Origin: an uncultured marine group III euryarchaeote
GTDB lineage: Archaea > Thermoplasmatota > Poseidoniia > MGIII > CG-Epi1
DNA: 56,817 nt
Assembly (NCBI GenBank): GCA_902531985.1
Contig: CACAGG010000002.1
Location: 1-56,817 of the forward strand
Reading direction: 5' to 3'
Shown here: positions 54,224 through 56,817 of the stretch, piece by piece
Numbering within the stretch: the stretch's first letter is position 1
How the letters are laid out: each line of letters opens with the position of its first letter
Translations under genes and position numbers: made by a program
The notes under the pieces: model-generated
Told to the model about the DNA's origin: nothing
What the model saw: the letters and a program-made list of their open reading frames with translations, nothing else
The model's database searches: none

Positions 54224-56764
54224 TTAATTTCCTAAATTATTTTTTCTACGGTAGTTGTATCCTACAATCAAAAGAACGGAGGCTACAGGCATTAGGAGAG
54301 TTCCAAACTCAGGTATAGATTCCCAATCACTTACAGCTTGATCATTGTCCCCTTCAGTTGATAATTGAATATAATCTGCACCGCCTGCATTAACTGCAGT
54401 ATTATGCGTCCAAATACCTGCACTTGGTAATAAATCACCGGAAGAGTTACAATCGCCATCATTGCCACTGCCATCATTCCAGCATACACCATCAATTACA
54501 AACATCTTATTGTCTTCATTGAAACCAGATTCAACTCCAGTTTCATCGTTTCCAGAATCACTATCTACCATGTAAACCATATCATCATTACCTAAAGTAA
54601 GCCCACTTGTACAAGTTGTCGTAGCTCCACTGTCTAGATTTCCAGATAAAGAACATCCAGTATCGTCGCTTACATCATCATAGATTTGAATTCCGTCTAA
54701 ATTTATTTGTGCAGAGTTAGAGTTGAAGATAGTTACAGTATTTGTATCTGGATCAACTTTACTAATCATTAGACCACCTGCAAAGGCTTCTTTTTCATAT
54801 GTATTCCATCTTACTTCATCAATTATCCCATTAAAGTTAGCAATAGAAGTAGATCCAGAAATATCTCCAGAACCGATATAATATTCTACATTACCAGCAC
54901 TAGGATAGTTTGTAGTATCTTTAATATTGAAATTAATCAAATCAGGATCACCACTGTTACTTATTCTGACATTGTTAATGAAAACACTAATTCCATTCTT
55001 TATACCGTTACCATCATTATCATTTGAGACTGCAATGTGGTACCAAGTGCCAGTATTGAACTGGGTCTGACTGTTGAAATATTTTTTGTTAACATCACTA
55101 TCGTCACACATGTCAAAACATAATTCCAGATATCCGTTTCTAATTCCTATCTGCAATTCGTCTTCACTTTCATCGATACTTCCTAGACCCTCACCATCTC
55201 CAATGAAAAGAATAGGCATACTTGTAGAACCATCTCCAATATCACTTGGATTAATCCAAGCTTCGAAAGACCAGTCGTTATTGTGGAACGAAGGCTGGTC
55301 TGCATTAGTAGCATAGTCGCCAGTTCCATCTAGAGTTAATCCATTACCCATTTTTCCAGAAGAACTAGTTGTTGGATCTCCGCCAGTTGTCAAAGTTCTA
55401 TCATTACCTCCAGAATCAAGTAAATCATCGTTGAATCTGTAGTAAAAGTAAGTGTCTGTTTGAGCAACAAATCTTCCACCATCATTTATGGTTGTAAAAG
55501 ATTTAGATGAATCTTCATCTCCATCCCATCCCACAATGTGAATCCAATAGTCACCTTTAACGATCTCTAATTCTATTTCACTGCCACTTGCTGCAGCATC
55601 AATTAATTCACCGGAAGTCCATTCCCAATCATTGTTGGTTTCTCCAGTCCATTCCTTCAAAACTCTTTTTGTTATAATTCCGTATTGACCTTTAATCTCG
55701 ACCATCATTTCAGCACCAATACCCATTCCTATTGACGAATATCCAGTAGTGTAATCATTATCGGTATCAATCATAACAAAAATGGTGTCTTCATTAGTTA
55801 ATACAGGTAAAGGTGTTGAAGCTTGATTTGAAGCTCCAGGTTCGCTATTTCCATTACTAGTTTGAGCTCCTGGAATTGATTTAGCACTGTAGGAAGGAAC
55901 AGATACTCCATTCAATATATTTCCACTAACACTTAGATACATGAACGCGTTACTGTTTTTTTCTACAGCTGCATAATTCTGAATATCAATGTGTTCAGAT
56001 TCAGCAGTAGAAATTATGTTGAATTGTTTTTCAACATTCATCCAGTCTCCAAAATAACCGTCAATAGTTATTTCTGAGCTTTCACTTTCAACGTTGTTGT
56101 TTGACATCTCCGCAATCATTTCAGATATTGCAAAATTATTGCCGTTTAGCAAGACGATAGTATCAGCTAAATCAAAGCTGTCTTTATTGTCTGTAGTTTG
56201 CCATACAACTTTAACTTCGCTTCCAGAAGTTAACCCTAGATCAAAGAGAGGTATTTGAGCTTCTATATTATTTCCAAGTGTGCGAGCATTAACTGAATTT
56301 AATAGATTAAAGCCATTCCAATCATTATTTTCTCTATTGTTGTTGAATGCATATAGTATTGAACTTAATACAACTTGTTCTTTACCATACATTTCAACCA
56401 TATAATCCGCACCAATGCCCGGTATTGAGTATCCGGTATCTGAATTGTCATCAGTGTCAATCATAACTCTTAGTGTGTATCCTTCTGATGAGTAGAACAT
56501 AGGTTCATCAGTAACTGTTAGAATTGATAAATAAATCGAATCTGCAAAAATCGAGGTGGACACAATGTCCATATTTGCGTTGTTTACATTTCCTTGTTGC
56601 TGTTCAGTAGATTCGATACCGTCCCAATCCCCTGAATCACCATCAACAGTTATCTGAGAGCTTTCATTCGTTTCCCAAAGCAATAGCAATGAAACTCCGG
56701 CAAATAAAAGGAGAAATGCTGAAATGGTTGCAGCCATTGCATTTCGGTTTGTAACTCGTACCAA
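54224..56764 (-). CDS. Large acidic surface protein with two N-terminal duplicated modules, a LamG/concanavalin-like domain, a lamin-tail-like (LTD) domain and a PEF-CTERM-like anchor
   Basis: It has a signal-like MAATISAFLLLFAGVSLLLLW and LamG_3-like segments (LTLDGTGDYA...WSFEAWINP...TWYHIAVS...ISVFINN). An LTD-like segment reads MISKVDPDTNTVTIFNSNSAQINLDGIQIYDD. The C-terminus is IPEFGTLLMPVASVLLIVGYNYRRKNN. The start is ambiguous (TTG at 56764 or ATG at 56737), and the frame stays open to the window edge. Confidence 0.75.
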   Translation of the reverse strand: MVRVTNRNAMAATISAFLLLFAGVSLLLLWETNESSQITVDGDSGDWDGIESTEQQQGNVNNANMDIVSTSIFADSIYLSILTVTDEPMFYSSEGYTLRVMIDTDDNSDTGYSIPGIGADYMVEMYGKEQVVLSSILYAFNNNRENNDWNGFNLLNSVNARTLGNNIEAQIPLFDLGLTSGSEVKVVWQTTDNKDSFDLADTIVLLNGNNFAISEMIAEMSNNNVESESSEITIDGYFGDWMNVEKQFNIISTAESEHIDIQNYAAVEKNSNAFMYLSVSGNILNGVSVPSYSAKSIPGAQTSNGNSEPGASNQASTPLPVLTNEDTIFVMIDTDNDYTTGYSSIGMGIGAEMMVEIKGQYGIITKRVLKEWTGETNNDWEWTSGELIDAAASGSEIELEIVKGDYWIHIVGWDGDEDSSKSFTTINDGGRFVAQTDTYFYYRFNDDLLDSGGNDRTLTTGGDPTTSSSGKMGNGLTLDGTGDYATNADQPSFHNNDWSFEAWINPSDIGDGSTSMPILFIGDGEGLGSIDESEDELQIGIRNGYLELCFDMCDDSDVNKKYFNSQTQFNTGTWYHIAVSNDNDGNGIKNGISVFINNVRISNSGDPDLINFNIKDTTNYPSAGNVEYYIGSGDISGSTSIANFNGIIDEVRWNTYEKEAFAGGLMISKVDPDTNTVTIFNSNSAQINLDGIQIYDDVSDDTGCSLSGNLDSGATTTCTSGLTLGNDDMVYMVDSDSGNDETGVESGFNEDNKMFVIDGVCWNDGSGNDGDCNSSGDLLPSAGIWTHNTAVNAGGADYIQLSTEGDNDQAVSDWESIPEFGTLLMPVASVLLIVGYNYRRKNNLGN

Positions 56765-56817
56765 GGGTATCCTGGAATATCCGCCGATACCTGCGCCATT
56801 GGTTAATCCGTTACCGT

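Noticed and set aside
56765-56817. The reading frame of the last gene remains open upstream of its TTG/ATG starts up to the window edge (…GNGLTNGAGIGGYSRIP…). This suggests a longer protein or a fusion with an upstream gene.
   Set aside because: A good signal-peptide-like segment (MAATISAFLLLFAGV…) begins right after the ATG at 56737, which argues for a start inside the window. It cannot be resolved without upstream sequence.

Overview
This is a gene-dense, AT-rich archaeal chromosomal segment. By eye it is roughly 35-40% GC and more than 90% coding, with many 1-4 nt start/stop overlaps. The archaeal assignment rests on the information-processing genes: MCM, RFC large subunit, Hel308, TBP, ribosomal protein eS17, RNase P Pop5, exosome Csl4, Dph2, a GPN-loop GTPase and a DRG GTPase. 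The strongly acidic predicted surface proteins, CARDB/PKD repeat proteins and secreted peptidases suggest an uncultured marine planktonic Thermoplasmatota-type euryarchaeote (Marine Group II/III-like). That placement is inference only.

Functional blocks:
- 1-4.6 kb: a 2-oxoacid (branched-chain type) dehydrogenase complex, E1a(partial)-E1b-E2-E3, followed by LipB.
- 4.6-23 kb: housekeeping genes, namely TrpRS, a Y-family polymerase, RFC-L, Hel308, Pop5, DRG, a ClC channel, MetAP, a YrdC-type TsaC, citrate synthase, MazG, an Asn-synthase-like/Pcc1-like fusion, TBP, Dph2 and tRNA-Gln.
- 23-28 kb: eS17, geranylgeranyl reductase, a GT2 glycosyltransferase and a class-2 DHODH.
- 28-38.6 kb: a cell-surface and proteolysis island holding an S8 subtilase, a C11 clostripain-like peptidase and a CARDB giant protein, with a SMUG1-type uracil-DNA glycosylase embedded in it.
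- 38.6-43.7 kb: a GPN GTPase plus a leucine-catabolic operon (hydratase, split biotin carboxylase/BCCP, carboxyltransferase).
- 44-47 kb: PKD surface proteins.
- 46.5-50 kb: Csl4, a METTL5-like methyltransferase and MCM.
- 50-51.9 kb: a tightly packed operon of a Ras/Rab-like small GTPase, a V4R-domain protein and a TPR protein.
- 52-56.8 kb: Fpg/Nei, CysRS and a LamG/LTD surface protein with a PEF-CTERM-like anchor.

I saw no CRISPR array, rRNA gene, transposase or integrase. The best candidate for an undescribed system is the GTPase + V4R (Bet3/TRAPP-ancestor fold) + TPR operon. Secondary candidates are the PP-loop ATPase-Pcc1 fusion, the DnaJ-type zinc knuckle in MCM, an archaeal SAP-domain protein, an archaeal SMUG1, and recurrent acidic-tryptophan motifs in the cytoplasmic tails of membrane-anchored proteins. 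All homology calls come from motif recognition by eye, not from database searches.
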